NCBI GenBank assembly: GCA_043811375.1
Contig: JBDRNJ010000074.1
Span: 32,001 to 96,000, forward strand
DNA: 64,000 nt
DNA from: a bacterium
Lineage (GTDB): Bacteria > Zixibacteria > MSB-5A5 > GN15 > FEB-12
Direction: 5' to 3'
How positions within the stretch are numbered: position 1 is the stretch's first letter; each line of letters opens with the position of its first letter. This document shows, in pieces, positions 20,227-30,576 of this stretch. Made by a program: the position numbers and the translations under genes. The notes under the pieces are model-generated. The model made no database searches. It saw only the letters and a list, made by a program, of their open reading frames with translations, and had not been told where the DNA came from.

Positions 20227-22355
20227 GGCAAGCTTTCCTCCAGTTCCCGCCGTGCCTTCTCTATCCGGCTCGGTTTGAGATTATATTCCATCGCCCGGTC
20301 ATAGTACTTCAACCCCAGCTCCTTGAGCCGAGATTCACCCGTGGCCAGAAACCAGTCTTTGTAAAACTCTGCCAGCCGCGCATTAAGATGATAATTGGTT
20401 GGTGAAAACTCAACCGCTTTTTTGAACATCGTCTCAGCTTGTTTCATATACTCCTCCCGCTGAAACTTTTCCCCCAACAGCAGATAACAGGAACTGTTTT
20501 GCGGATACTGCTCCAAAAATGCCAACGCCCGCTTCATAGCTTCTTCAGAAGCTCCGGCATTATCCAGGTCGACCGTTTCTTCATAAAGAGAGCGCCGATA
20601 ATTGTCGGCGACACTGTTGCCCGTCAGACCGACCACGCTGAAGAGACGGACCTTCTTTGACCCCACCCGATAAGTAACCCGGTGAACGGCACCGTCCATG
20701 ATCTCAGGGTAATCCTCTTTAGCCCGGATTTCATTGGCTTCATCCAAAAGCAGGTGTGTTACCGGGAACTTCATAAACAAACCCGGGTCGGGTTGCGAAA
20801 CGCCGAACATATGGATAATACAATCAAGCTCGTTAGCCAGTGTCAGGGTGGGGCCAAACGGTCCGGAGACAACCGCCCCCGGTGACAGAATCGCGCCTAA
20901 ATCGATATTGCAGTCACGAATAGTGTACGCCGCTCCCTGCCAGGCTCGATGGTATTGACGAACACCGTCAAACGGCAGAGCAATCCAGATCAACACCAGC
21001 AGCACCCGGGGCATCAGGTTCGGCAATGACCGGGCTCGGAGTCGGTACCGAGCGACACCGGCACCCACCAGCACGGTGATAGCTGCCGCGATGGACAGCA
21101 GCCAGTGCTTGTATTCCTCCCAGCAGGCTACGTCGGCATCGGCATCGAAGAGAGCCTGGCAGAACTGGTACAGCGGCACCACTACCACCGGAATCGACAG
21201 CAGGTAGAACAACAGAGGTACTTTCTCGGGCGATGACGACGGTTTCCGATACCATATCGCCGCCAGAATTGTCGCCGCGGCACCGTAGAACGGGTATATC
21301 ATCACCAACTGGTAACGCATGGGACGGTAGTTCCAGATCATCAGGGAACCATAGAACGCAACTATCATACCCCCCAGGAATATATGCCCGGCGTTCAGTG
21401 ATCCGAATCCTTCCCGCCAGGATCGAGCCCGACCGACATGGTAGAGAATCATCATGATAAAAGCCGCCCCCAACAACCCCACCACTGGCATCCGCGAAAA
21501 CAGTTGCTCCTTCTCTCCCAGCGAGACCATCTTCCACACGAAATCACCGATCGACCTGAGTCCCTCCGGTGAACCGTACAGCGACACCGCCTGTTCGCCA
21601 AAGTAGCCGGCCACCTGCTCCTTCATCGGAGCATAGGTGAAGAAATACCAGAACAGCGCTACCGTTGCCAGGCCAACAGTGAACAGGAGCGGCCCCAGCA
21701 GCGAGCGGTGGGGCTTGTCATAAAACCACCGGTAGACAAAATAACAGGCGAACGGGAACACAAATGCCATGCCGATCATCTTGCCGAAAAAGATAGCTGC
21801 TCCCAGAGACAGACCCGCCGGCAGGAACCATACCCAACGACGGCAGTAGACCACCAGCACCAACGCCAGGAAGGCATAGAAGGCCATAGCATTTTCAAGA
21901 AAGGGCAGCCGACCGTAGAATATCTGATTGTAGTTAAACGAGATTAACAACAGGTACAACAAGCCTGCTGCTCGACCGGCCACACGCCTGATAAACAGGA
22001 AGAACAGCACCAGCGCCCCGAAAGCATACAACAAACCAACCAGGTTGGATTGCCACACTCCGACACCAAGAGCCTTAAACACGACCACCGCCAGCACGGT
22101 TACCGTTGATTTGAGAAACACCGGATGCCGATGATCATCGAACGGATTGAGATCACCTTGATTAACGCACGTCCGGGCAAAAAGAGTGTATTGTGCCGGG
22201 TCAGTGTAGACATCGGTGGATATCGACAGGTCACTGGGCGGATCGGCTGCCAGCTGCTGCAGGCGAACCAGCAAAATTAGAGACAACAACACCAGGATGG
22301 TGATGATTTCCAGACGCCGGGCGCTCGACCGGTTAGTGCCGATGGAAGAATTCAC
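20223..22355 (-). CDS. ArnT/PMT-like GT-C glycosyltransferase with C-terminal TPR
   Basis: Acidic first loop (STDVYTD), many TM helices, periplasmic domain, TPR-like tail (AETMFKKAVEFSPTNY). Confidence 0.75.
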   Translation of the reverse strand: MNSSIGTNRSSARRLEIITILVLLSLILLVRLQQLAADPPSDLSISTDVYTDPAQYTLFARTCVNQGDLNPFDDHRHPVFLKSTVTVLAVVVFKALGVGVWQSNLVGLLYAFGALVLFFLFIRRVAGRAAGLLYLLLISFNYNQIFYGRLPFLENAMAFYAFLALVLVVYCRRWVWFLPAGLSLGAAIFFGKMIGMAFVFPFACYFVYRWFYDKPHRSLLGPLLFTVGLATVALFWYFFTYAPMKEQVAGYFGEQAVSLYGSPEGLRSIGDFVWKMVSLGEKEQLFSRMPVVGLLGAAFIMMILYHVGRARSWREGFGSLNAGHIFLGGMIVAFYGSLMIWNYRPMRYQLVMIYPFYGAAATILAAIWYRKPSSSPEKVPLLFYLLSIPVVVVPLYQFCQALFDADADVACWEEYKHWLLSIAAAITVLVGAGVARYRLRARSLPNLMPRVLLVLIWIALPFDGVRQYHRAWQGAAYTIRDCNIDLGAILSPGAVVSGPFGPTLTLANELDCIIHMFGVSQPDPGLFMKFPVTHLLLDEANEIRAKEDYPEIMDGAVHRVTYRVGSKKVRLFSVVGLTGNSVADNYRRSLYEETVDLDNAGASEEAMKRALAFLEQYPQNSSCYLLLGEKFQREEYMKQAETMFKKAVEFSPTNYHLNARLAEFYKDWFLATGESRLKELGLKYYDRAMEYNLKPSRIEKARRELEESLP

Positions 22356-23445
22356 GAATCTGGTCGCAGACGTAGGTCACCTGCGATTCTGTCAGTTCCG
22401 GATAGATCGGCAGCGAGAGAATCTCCCCCGCCAGTTTCTCGGCCACCGGGAAATCTCCCCGGCGGTAATCCAGATAGGCATATGCCGGCTGAAGGTGAAC
22501 CGGCACCGGATAGTGAATAAGGGACGGTACCCCCCGCTCCTTCAGAAATCGCTGCAACTCATCACGCCGTTCAGTCTCGATAACAAACAGGTGATACACC
22601 TGACGGCAGTCGTTGTCGACTGAGGGCAACACCACCGGGACTTCCGCCAATTGTTGACGATACCAACCGGCAACACGCCGTCGGTCTTCATTCCACCGTT
22701 GCAGGTAACCGAGCTTGACTTTCAATACGGCTCCCTGGATACCGGCCATACGGGCGTTGTAACCCACCAGTTCATGAGTGTACTTGTTCGAGGAACCGTG
22801 GTCGCGAAGCAGACGCACTATCCTGTCGATACCGGCCTCATCGGTAGTGACTGCTCCCGCCTCACCAAAGGCGCCCAGGTTCTTTGCCGGATAGAATGAA
22901 AAAGCGGTTGCCCGACCAACCGACCCGGCCCGCCGTCCCCGGTAATCCGCTCCGTGTGCCTGGGCGGCATCCTCAATAACGGTAATGTCATGCCTGTTGA
23001 CCACCCGGTCAATCGCTTCCATGTCCGCCATCCGGCCATACAGGTGAACTGGAATGACCGCTTTAGTGCGACGCGAGAGCGCCAGCGATAACAACGTCGG
23101 ATCGAGATTACGACTGTCAGGATCAACATCGACCAGTACCGGCCGGGCGCCGGCGTGTACAATAGCCGCCACGGTGGCCACAAAAGTGTTGGCGGCTGTA
23201 ACTACTTCGTCTCCGGGTCCGATATCCACCGCTTTTAGCGCCAACAGCAGTGCGTTGGTACCGTTGTTGACTCCGATACAATGTTTGGCCTGACAGAACT
23301 CGGCAAAGGCTGCCTCAAACTCACTGACCGACGGGTCCAGGCCGAAGCAGGAGTTGTCGATCACCTCCCGAATCGCGGCATCGATTTCCGATTTTATTGA
23401 TTGATATTGCGCACCAAGATCAAGGTAAGATATCTGCATCGTCAA
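22333..23445 (-). CDS. DegT/DnrJ/EryC1/StrS sugar aminotransferase
   Basis: NGTNAL, PVHLYG, IEDAAQAHG and SFYPAKNLGAFGEAG (PLP lysine). Confidence 0.96.
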   Translation of the reverse strand: MTMQISYLDLGAQYQSIKSEIDAAIREVIDNSCFGLDPSVSEFEAAFAEFCQAKHCIGVNNGTNALLLALKAVDIGPGDEVVTAANTFVATVAAIVHAGARPVLVDVDPDSRNLDPTLLSLALSRRTKAVIPVHLYGRMADMEAIDRVVNRHDITVIEDAAQAHGADYRGRRAGSVGRATAFSFYPAKNLGAFGEAGAVTTDEAGIDRIVRLLRDHGSSNKYTHELVGYNARMAGIQGAVLKVKLGYLQRWNEDRRRVAGWYRQQLAEVPVVLPSVDNDCRQVYHLFVIETERRDELQRFLKERGVPSLIHYPVPVHLQPAYAYLDYRRGDFPVAEKLAGEILSLPIYPELTESQVTYVCDQIREFFHRH

Positions 23446-23462
23446 ATCCCAACCGGGGCAAC

Positions 23463-23491
23463 AATATAGAGGTGAAGGTACAGGAAGTCAA
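23463..23491 (-). promoter_or_regulatory. Sigma70-like promoter of the glycosylation operon
   Basis: Minus-strand TTGACT-17bp-TATATT. Confidence 0.6.
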
Positions 23492-23552
23492 GTATGAACC
23501 CGCCCGTCGAGTGGGACGAGTATTATCTTTATAAATGTGTTTATAAAGAGTG

Positions 23553-23754
23553 GTAGATAAAGCCCACTTGGGATTTGATATTCCTTTTTTCACGCCGCGA
23601 GTCTGGTAGGTCGCCCCCACTGTGGTTCAATCGTTCGGTCAGCTTGAGTAGGTCAGGACCCTTGTGGTCCTGACGCCTGGGGCGTGGACATAGTAGTCAG
23701 GAGTACAAGACTCCTGACCTACAATTACGCGCGGTCAGGAATCCTTTCCTGACC
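23553..23754. repeat. Cluster of 27-nt GTAG-type REP palindromes, including an inverted doublet
   Basis: GTAGGTCAGGACCCTTGTGGTCCTGAC (23648-23674, +) and GTAGGTCAGGAGTCTTGTACTCCTGAC (23696-23722, -); related copies at 23553-23579 and 23733-23754. Confidence 0.8.
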
Positions 23755-23838
23755 GTACCAAATATAGCCGTCACGAAAGGATTCGTGACGGCGCAAGAGA
23801 ATGAATGTTGTCCGTTGTGAAGTGCTGTCGGGCGACTC

Positions 23839-24000
23839 GAGGTTGTCCCACAAGTCAGCTTTGGGTGCATTTAACGTTGCATCTAATAAATCGTCACTCG
23901 GTAAACCCGCGTAGCGACGGGCTTTATGTCCGCCGTCTGTTGGCGAGAGACAAGCCCCCGCTCTACGCGCGTTAGAATAATTACCTTTTGGGACAACCTC
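23839..24000. mobile_element. 162-bp MITE with 16-bp terminal inverted repeats and a 4-bp target duplication
   Basis: Left end GAGGTTGTCCCACAAG versus reverse complement of right end GAGGTTGTCCCAAAAG (15/16); ACTC on both flanks (23835-23838, 24001-24004); no transposase. Confidence 0.85.
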
Positions 24001-24046
24001 ACTCTGCCCGACAGTTCTAACGTAATACGCGCAACCAACTTGCTCG

Positions 24047-24616
24047 CTAAACTTGCTGCGTCTCCAGCCGTACCACGGTTTTGGGCAGGTCCTCCTGACA
24101 CGGGACACCGTTGCGCTTGATAATTACCGCCGGTGTACCGGCTACCGTGCAATTGGAAGGAACGTCACGCATCACCACAAAACTGTTGGCTCCAATCATG
24201 ACATCATTGCCGATTCGGATGGGACCCAGCAGAGTAGCTCCGGTGCCGACCAGGACATTGTTGCCCAGCGTCGGATGTCGTTTACCCTGGTGCTTGCCGG
24301 TGCCGCCCAGAGTGACGTTATGAAACAGCACGCAGTTGTCGCCGATCTCGGCCGTCTCGCCGATCACCAGTCCGGCGCCATGATCTACAAAGAAACCCTT
24401 GCCGATACGGGCGCCCGGGTGAATCTCCAGTCCCGTCAAAAAGCGAACAATCTGAGACATTAACCGGGGCACAAACGGCACTCCCAGTTTGTACAGAAAA
24501 TGATTCAACCGATGGAAGAGTATCGCTTGAAAACCCGGATACAAAAGAAACTCAATATTCCTGGCCGCCGGATCGTTGCGGTAGATCGCTTTAATATCCT
24601 CGATAATATTTAACAT
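24047..24616 (-). CDS. cysE: Serine O-acetyltransferase
   Basis: DPAAR, TGLEIHPGARIG, VDHGAGLVIGETA and KRHPTLG; next to cysK. Confidence 0.96.
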   Translation of the reverse strand: MLNIIEDIKAIYRNDPAARNIEFLLYPGFQAILFHRLNHFLYKLGVPFVPRLMSQIVRFLTGLEIHPGARIGKGFFVDHGAGLVIGETAEIGDNCVLFHNVTLGGTGKHQGKRHPTLGNNVLVGTGATLLGPIRIGNDVMIGANSFVVMRDVPSNCTVAGTPAVIIKRNGVPCQEDLPKTVVRLETQQV

Positions 24617-24651
24617 AGTCTTACATATATCGGTAAATCGGCCGCCCGGTA

Positions 24652-25569
24652 TTACTGCTCTGTAAACAACGGTGTCGACAGATAACGTTCGCCGGTGTCG
24701 GGCAATATAACGACAACTACCTTGCCGGAACCGGCTTTAGAGGCCACCTGCAGCGCCGCCCAGGCGGCGGCGCCGGATGAAACTCCGACCAGTATCCCCT
24801 CCCGACGAGCCAGTTGCCGGGCCGTATTCATGGCAGCCTCATTATTGACTCTTATGATTTCATCTACAATTTCTGAGTTATACACCGCCGGTATAAAACC
24901 GGCCCCGATGCCCTGAATGGGATGAGGGCCCGGTTCCCCACCCGACAGAACCGGGGAAGCATCGGGCTCCACGGCGCATACCCGACAACCATACTTTGCC
25001 TTGAGTACCTCGCCGGCACCGCTGATAGTACCCCCGGTGCCGACACCAGCCACAAAGACATCCAGGTGCAAATCGCCCAGATCATCGATTATTTCCTGAG
25101 CTGTCGTCCGTCGATGAACATCTGGATTGGCCGGGTTGTTGAACTGGGAGGGCAGGAAACAGTCGTCCCGCCGGGAAAGTTCATCGGCTTTGGAAATGGC
25201 TCCTTTCATTCCTTCCGGTCCGGGCGTCAACACAATCTCCGCTCCAAAGTATTTGAGGATCGCCCGCCGCTCCAGGCTCATTGTTTCCGGCATAGTCAGC
25301 AAACACTTATATCCCTTGGCTGCCGCCACCATCGCCAGGGCAATCCCGGTATTGCCCGATGTCGGCTCAACTATGGTCATCCCGGGTTTCAGTCGGCCGT
25401 CCCTTTCGGCGGCTTCAATCATCGCCGCTCCGATACGATCCTTGACCGAACAGCAGGGATTAAAGCTCTCCAGCTTGGCATACACATCCGCCGAAGCGGA
25501 GTTCACCAGCCGATTGATTCGCACCAACGGCGTTCTGCCGATGGCGTCGATAATATTTTCAAACCGCAT
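24652..25569 (-). CDS. cysK: Cysteine synthase A
   Basis: [29 protein letters not shown] and [10 protein letters not shown]. Confidence 0.97.
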   Translation of the reverse strand: MRFENIIDAIGRTPLVRINRLVNSASADVYAKLESFNPCCSVKDRIGAAMIEAAERDGRLKPGMTIVEPTSGNTGIALAMVAAAKGYKCLLTMPETMSLERRAILKYFGAEIVLTPGPEGMKGAISKADELSRRDDCFLPSQFNNPANPDVHRRTTAQEIIDDLGDLHLDVFVAGVGTGGTISGAGEVLKAKYGCRVCAVEPDASPVLSGGEPGPHPIQGIGAGFIPAVYNSEIVDEIIRVNNEAAMNTARQLARREGILVGVSSGAAAWAALQVASKAGSGKVVVVILPDTGERYLSTPLFTEQ

Positions 25570-25773
25570 AATCAGTCTCCTGCTGTCGTATCCAACGATA
25601 AAATCGGTTCACCTATCCAGGCGAAACCCGTCCGGGCCGTTCCCCCCGAAGCAGAGCATCCGATCCCTGATTCCGACAAAGAAGCCAAACCCATACGCTC
25701 TACAACAGCGCTGTCCGACCCGGCCGGTCGCGTTTCAGGCCGTTCGAACAATACCGGGGTAGCTTTTGTAACC

Positions 25774-26808
25774 TTATTCGGACAGTTTTTGTTCTATCTT
25801 ACGGATTCTTTTCAGCAGATCGGGAAGTCTGGTCAGAACAGCTTCTATCCGCTTGGCGGTCATAATCTGCCTGGCCGGCGAGCCAAAAACCGTCTGGTCG
25901 GCCGCCACCGACTTGGAGACTCCCGATTGCGCCCCCACCCGGGCGCCGTCGCCGATATCGAGATGTCCCACAATACCCACCTGCCCCCCCAGCATCACCC
26001 CCCTGCCGATTCGCGTCGAACCTGATATACCCACCTGCGATACGATAATACTGTTTTCCCCGATATCGACGTTATGAGCAATCTGAACGAGATTGTCGAT
26101 CTTGGTTCCACGACCGATACGGGTCGGCCCCAGAGCACCGCGATCGATAGACGTATTGGAGCCGATCTCGACGTCATCTTCTATCTCCACCCAGCCGATC
26201 TGCTTGATTTTATACAGCCCGTCATCTGACGGCGCATACCCAAAACCATCGGAACCAATTACCGTCGACGAGTGGATTATCACCCGGTCACCAAGTTGGC
26301 AGCCATCCATAATCCTGACCCCGGGATAAATGAGACAGTCCCGGCCGATAACCGTATCACGGCCCACATATACTGAGGAAACAAGTTGCGAACCGGTGCC
26401 GATCACTGCACCTTCTCGTACATGACAGAGCGGACCGATAGCTGCACCAGTTGCCACTACCGCCCCCTCGGCCACCACTGCCGTCCCATCTACACCCGGC
26501 GGCACCTGCGGTTTCCGGGGGTACAACAAATCGACTATCTGTGCAAAAGCGAGATAAGGGTTATCATGCCGTAAAACCGGCAGACGTGAGCACGGAGTCC
26601 GGCGATCCAGCACTACGGCGGTGGCAGCCGTCGTTTCCAGGTACTTCCGATAGCGGTCATTGGCCAAAAAAGTGATCTCGCCGTTACCGGCCGTCTCGAT
26701 AGGAGCCGCCCCGACCACAACTACGGCGTGATTCCCCTCGACTTCACCCCCAACCCTGCCGGCCAGTTCCCCCAGACTGAGACCGGACTTATTCCTCGAG
26801 TTCTTCAA
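25774..26808 (-). CDS. lpxD: UDP-3-O-acylglucosamine N-acyltransferase
   Basis: Hexapeptide repeats, GSDGFGY, IDRGAL and [12 protein letters not shown]. Confidence 0.97.
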   Translation of the reverse strand: MKNSRNKSGLSLGELAGRVGGEVEGNHAVVVVGAAPIETAGNGEITFLANDRYRKYLETTAATAVVLDRRTPCSRLPVLRHDNPYLAFAQIVDLLYPRKPQVPPGVDGTAVVAEGAVVATGAAIGPLCHVREGAVIGTGSQLVSSVYVGRDTVIGRDCLIYPGVRIMDGCQLGDRVIIHSSTVIGSDGFGYAPSDDGLYKIKQIGWVEIEDDVEIGSNTSIDRGALGPTRIGRGTKIDNLVQIAHNVDIGENSIIVSQVGISGSTRIGRGVMLGGQVGIVGHLDIGDGARVGAQSGVSKSVAADQTVFGSPARQIMTAKRIEAVLTRLPDLLKRIRKIEQKLSE

Positions 26809-27328
26809 GATAATTCAGCACCTTGTCGGTAACATCATAAGAGTCCTTGATATACCCGATCGATTGCAGCGTAAAGATAACATCGTAGTTGCCCTCGATC
26901 GCCACCCCTTCAATCGCCCTCTGAATATTATCCACCAACGGTTCGACCAGTTCGCCGTACTTGCGCTCGGCCAGCCCGTTGGGGCCGAATACCTGGCGGG
27001 TGTAAGCATCCAGCGCGTCTCTCTTGGCATTAATTGCAGCCTGACGCTCCTTCTTCTTCTCCTCGGAGAGGATCAGCTTCTGCTTATCGAACTCCTCCTG
27101 CAACTCGATGAGTTCATCCTGCTTGGTTATTGCTTCTTCGTCCCAAGCCGTCTTTTCCAGTTCCCATTGTTCCTGAGCTTTTTGCCAGACAGTGTACTCG
27201 GCAATAATTACAGAATCCTTGACGAATCCAATCTTCAGCCCCTGGGCATCGACACTACCGACCGCAATCAGCACAACCACTGCACCCAGCACCGTCGCCA
27301 ACAACCAATCCTTCTTCATTCTCTGCAT
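26789..27328 (-). CDS. skp: OmpH/Skp periplasmic chaperone
   Basis: Signal peptide, KIGFV, long coiled coil, YDVTDKVL; between bamA and lpxD. Confidence 0.9.
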   Translation of the reverse strand: MQRMKKDWLLATVLGAVVVLIAVGSVDAQGLKIGFVKDSVIIAEYTVWQKAQEQWELEKTAWDEEAITKQDELIELQEEFDKQKLILSEEKKKERQAAINAKRDALDAYTRQVFGPNGLAERKYGELVEPLVDNIQRAIEGVAIEGNYDVIFTLQSIGYIKDSYDVTDKVLNYLEELEE

Positions 27329-27349
27329 TTGTCTCTCCCTATGTTTTTA

Positions 27350-29824
27350 TTATCTGAATGTCGTGCCTACCTGAAAATGTGGTTTCAGCGACCGCTTCTG
27401 ACCGTCATCTACGTTTAGCGGATAACCGAAATCAAACCCCAGGGTACCTATCCCGGGAATAGCGATCCGGAAACCAAACCCTATCCCCTGGTACAAACCT
27501 GTAATCGGCTTGATATCCCGCCGGTGCAGCCAGGAGTTGCCGGCATCATAAAACAGCAGCCCGTAGATCTGTCGTGGGACCACCGGAATTTGCAGTTCGA
27601 GGTTTGTCACCAGCATATACTTGCCGCGCACCCGCGTGGAATAGCTATTGAAGGTGGTGTCATCAGGCGGATCGATACCCACCACAGCATTGGAATCAAT
27701 GTAGTAAAACGATGTGTCGTGAAGGACCGTCGAATCCGGCGTCAGGTTGCCGTCGTCATAGCCGCGCACGACGCCGTCATAGGCCGTCCCACCGGGAGTA
27801 AAGCGGTCGGTGATCAGAATACGATTGTCACCCTCCGGAGAGGTCACCACCCCGTACTCAACTTTGGCCGCCAGAGCAATGCCCCAGATTATGGGGATAA
27901 ACTTGGCCAGCGACAGGTTGTGCCTCTGATAATGCCAGAATCCCCCCAGCACTCCCCCCGTGTGTTCGAAGGTGTAAGAAAGCAACGCCCCGGAGGTAGC
28001 AAACTCCGCCAGATCGCGCGAATCTCTCACCACCGTCAGGGACAGGCGCGATGCGGTCAGCCAGCGATCGTCATACTCCAGGATCGACCCCTGATACGGT
28101 CCATGTACCTGACTGGCCAGCAATCGATCCTGAGTCAACGGGTAGCGCCACCCTCCGTAGCTGTACCAGTAGTGAGATCTATAGGAATTGGAGCTGATAA
28201 AAGATTGATCAAAGTCAAAGAAGCGAGTCCGGGACAATTCATAGGAACCGAAGACCTGAAAGTAATTGTCGGGCCAGCGCAGACGACGTCCCAGCCTCAC
28301 CGACCCGCCCTGCCGACCTTCAGTATAATCGTCGAACCAACGACGATTGAGAGCAAAAGCGCTTACTCCCAGCAGCGTCGGCCGTCCCGCTAGCCACGGC
28401 TCGGTAAATGATACCGAAAACGAGTTGCGGCGACTGCCGAAATCAATACTGAATGACAGATTCTGGCCGTTGCCGCGGAAATTGGGGATGGCCATGCCCA
28501 CCGTACCTACCACCTTGTCCTGGCTGTTATAGCCGGCTCCCGCCGATACCTGACCGGTGGGCTTCTCCTTCACTTGAAACTCAATGTCGACATCCCCGCT
28601 GGGCAATCCTACCGGCACCGGATTGACTTCCTCAAAATAATTCAGCACCATTACATCCCGCAGTGATCGCATCAGTGACGACCGGCTGAAAATCTCACCC
28701 GGCAGTGTCTTGATCTCCCGCCGGATGACTTTCTCTTTGGTCTTGTGGTTACCCACAATTTTAATCAGCCGAATGTGTGACGGCAGCCCCTCGGTAATAC
28801 TGTAAGTAATGTCTATGATCGAATCCGACCGGGTTGTGCGCTCATCCACAATACTCATGTGAAGATAGCCTACTTCGGAGTAGGCCATATACAGCTCGTC
28901 CAGTGATTTATCATATTTAGCGGCATCAAAAACTTCACCTTCCCGGTACTTCAGTTGCCGGCGAAGAAACTCTTCCGGCAGCTTCTGGTTGGAACGAAGC
29001 TCAGTTCGACCAAAGTAGTAACGGGGGCCTTCATACGCCTCGAGGTGGATTGTCATGCGGCTACGATTAGTATCGATACTAATTGAATCCGAAATCAGGT
29101 AGGCATCTACAAACCCCCGGTGGTGGTACTCGGCGATGATCTTCTCAAGGTCCTCCTCGTACTTGTCCTGTGCGAAATCGGAACTCTTGAGAAAACCCCT
29201 CTTGCGGTTACGCATTTTCCCGATAAGGTCATCGGGTTTAACTCGCGAGTTGCCCGCAAGAATCACCTGGTCAACTTTTACCTTCGATTTCTCGGAAATA
29301 TCATACCTGAGAATCGCTTCCGTGGAGTCACTGTTGTATTCGAGAGCCGCGGTTACTTCCGCCTGAAAGTATCCCTCTTCAGCGTACATAGCCTGGATAT
29401 CGTTGGCCTTCTGCTGCATCAGGTAAGGCGAGATATAACCACCCACACCCAGATTCAGCTTCTCCCTCAGCTTCTTGGACTTGATCTTCCTGTTGCCCCC
29501 AAACTCCAGACCGCTTAACTTGGGCAATTCCTTAACAACGATGTAGACCTTCAGCCCTCCCCCGATTGTTTCCACTTCGATCCACACATCCGAGAAAATG
29601 CCCAAACCATAGAGCCGACGAATAGTCTCTGCCACCATGGTGGGGCTCAGAACCGTGCCTTCTTCCAGTGATGACACGCTGGAAATCAGAGAATTACTGG
29701 CAACACGGTTGCCTTCAATCTCAACACCGACGACACGGAAACCTTCCTGAGCGGCACCGGATCCGGCCAGTCCCGCCGAGGCCAGTACCACCAGAAGAGC
29801 TATCCCTGCTCTCAGGCCTGACAT
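27350..29824 (-). CDS. bamA: Outer membrane protein assembly factor BamA
   Basis: POTRA repeats (IEGN, FGGN, IVGNHKTKEKVIRRE), NFRGNGQ, FTEPW, VRGY and a terminal aromatic residue. Confidence 0.96.
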   Translation of the reverse strand: MSGLRAGIALLVVLASAGLAGSGAAQEGFRVVGVEIEGNRVASNSLISSVSSLEEGTVLSPTMVAETIRRLYGLGIFSDVWIEVETIGGGLKVYIVVKELPKLSGLEFGGNRKIKSKKLREKLNLGVGGYISPYLMQQKANDIQAMYAEEGYFQAEVTAALEYNSDSTEAILRYDISEKSKVKVDQVILAGNSRVKPDDLIGKMRNRKRGFLKSSDFAQDKYEEDLEKIIAEYHHRGFVDAYLISDSISIDTNRSRMTIHLEAYEGPRYYFGRTELRSNQKLPEEFLRRQLKYREGEVFDAAKYDKSLDELYMAYSEVGYLHMSIVDERTTRSDSIIDITYSITEGLPSHIRLIKIVGNHKTKEKVIRREIKTLPGEIFSRSSLMRSLRDVMVLNYFEEVNPVPVGLPSGDVDIEFQVKEKPTGQVSAGAGYNSQDKVVGTVGMAIPNFRGNGQNLSFSIDFGSRRNSFSVSFTEPWLAGRPTLLGVSAFALNRRWFDDYTEGRQGGSVRLGRRLRWPDNYFQVFGSYELSRTRFFDFDQSFISSNSYRSHYWYSYGGWRYPLTQDRLLASQVHGPYQGSILEYDDRWLTASRLSLTVVRDSRDLAEFATSGALLSYTFEHTGGVLGGFWHYQRHNLSLAKFIPIIWGIALAAKVEYGVVTSPEGDNRILITDRFTPGGTAYDGVVRGYDDGNLTPDSTVLHDTSFYYIDSNAVVGIDPPDDTTFNSYSTRVRGKYMLVTNLELQIPVVPRQIYGLLFYDAGNSWLHRRDIKPITGLYQGIGFGFRIAIPGIGTLGFDFGYPLNVDDGQKRSLKPHFQVGTTFR

Positions 29825-29838
29825 AACCTACGCCACAG

Positions 29839-30159
29839 CTACGACTGCGGGATCACGATCCTGTTGATTTTTATTTCACTGTACTGCTGGCGGTGTCCCT
29901 GCCGGCGGCGGTACTTCGTCCGACGTTTATACTTGTATATCTCCACCTTGTCATCCTTGCCGTCGCCCAGCACCTCAGCTTCTATTTTAGCGCCGTCGAC
30001 AAAGGGGTTGCCGATCAATGTGCTGTCGTCATCCTTTATCAACAGGATACTGTCGATGTCAATTTTGGAGCCCTTCTCGGCATCTCGATAAGGGATTTTA
30101 ACACAGGCTCCTTCCTCGACACTGAACTGGTGCCCGGCAAGTTCAAAAACAGCGTACAT
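29839..30159 (-). CDS. rplU: 50S ribosomal protein L21
   Basis: MYAVFELAGHQF...KYKRRTKYRRRQGHRQ. Confidence 0.97.
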   Translation of the reverse strand: MYAVFELAGHQFSVEEGACVKIPYRDAEKGSKIDIDSILLIKDDDSTLIGNPFVDGAKIEAEVLGDGKDDKVEIYKYKRRTKYRRRQGHRQQYSEIKINRIVIPQS

Positions 30160-30402
30160 TTTATATCCTCCAGACGATATCGAAGCTCTTTATCCACTTT
30201 AAGTTAACCACACATATTAGTCTATTTGCCGCTCAAGTCAAGGCAATTCTCGCTGGTGCCACCACCCGGTTTATCATTAAACGGCAGGGGCTCCTGTTCG
30301 TTCCGAAAGTTCAATCCTACCGGATTCACCCGGCTCCAATTGAAACACCGGACCGTCATACTACGTACATTTACAATATGTAACATTAACGTGTATTTGG
30401 CC

Positions 30403-30430
30403 TTGACAAAAAACGGTTTATTGTTATTTT
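30403..30430 (+). promoter_or_regulatory. Sigma70-like promoter of the dockerin-protein gene
   Basis: TTGACA-16bp-TATTTT with a TGn extension, in AT-rich intergenic DNA. Confidence 0.45.
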
Positions 30431-30576
30431 GCTACTGGTACTACATGAGCTTAATGGAGACGCCTATGAGGTGACAGTTTACTGATCAATTTCGTTTCCC
30501 TTCAAGCCCTCACGAGCAAGTACAGCAAAGAAAAAATAAAACTGAACCAAATAACAGCGCAAAGGAGAAAAAGCAT

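Noticed and set aside
23553..24014. CRISPR array, or the small ORFs 23725-24108 and 23883-24152
   Set aside because: The repeats are inverted, irregularly spaced palindromes (REP/MITE); the ORFs simply read through them
25570..25773. Riboswitch or T-box in the 200-bp leader of cysK
   Set aside because: I could not match SAM-I or T-box consensus elements by eye; an Rfam scan would settle it
24922..26025. 367-aa plus-strand ORF
   Set aside because: Antisense shadow of cysK and lpxD with no recognisable motifs
27524..28393. 289-aa plus-strand ORF, and similarly 10614-11357, 60948-61700 and 43603-44175
   Set aside because: Antisense shadows of bamA, accA, the OmpA gene and pilB, expected from codon bias in GC-rich DNA
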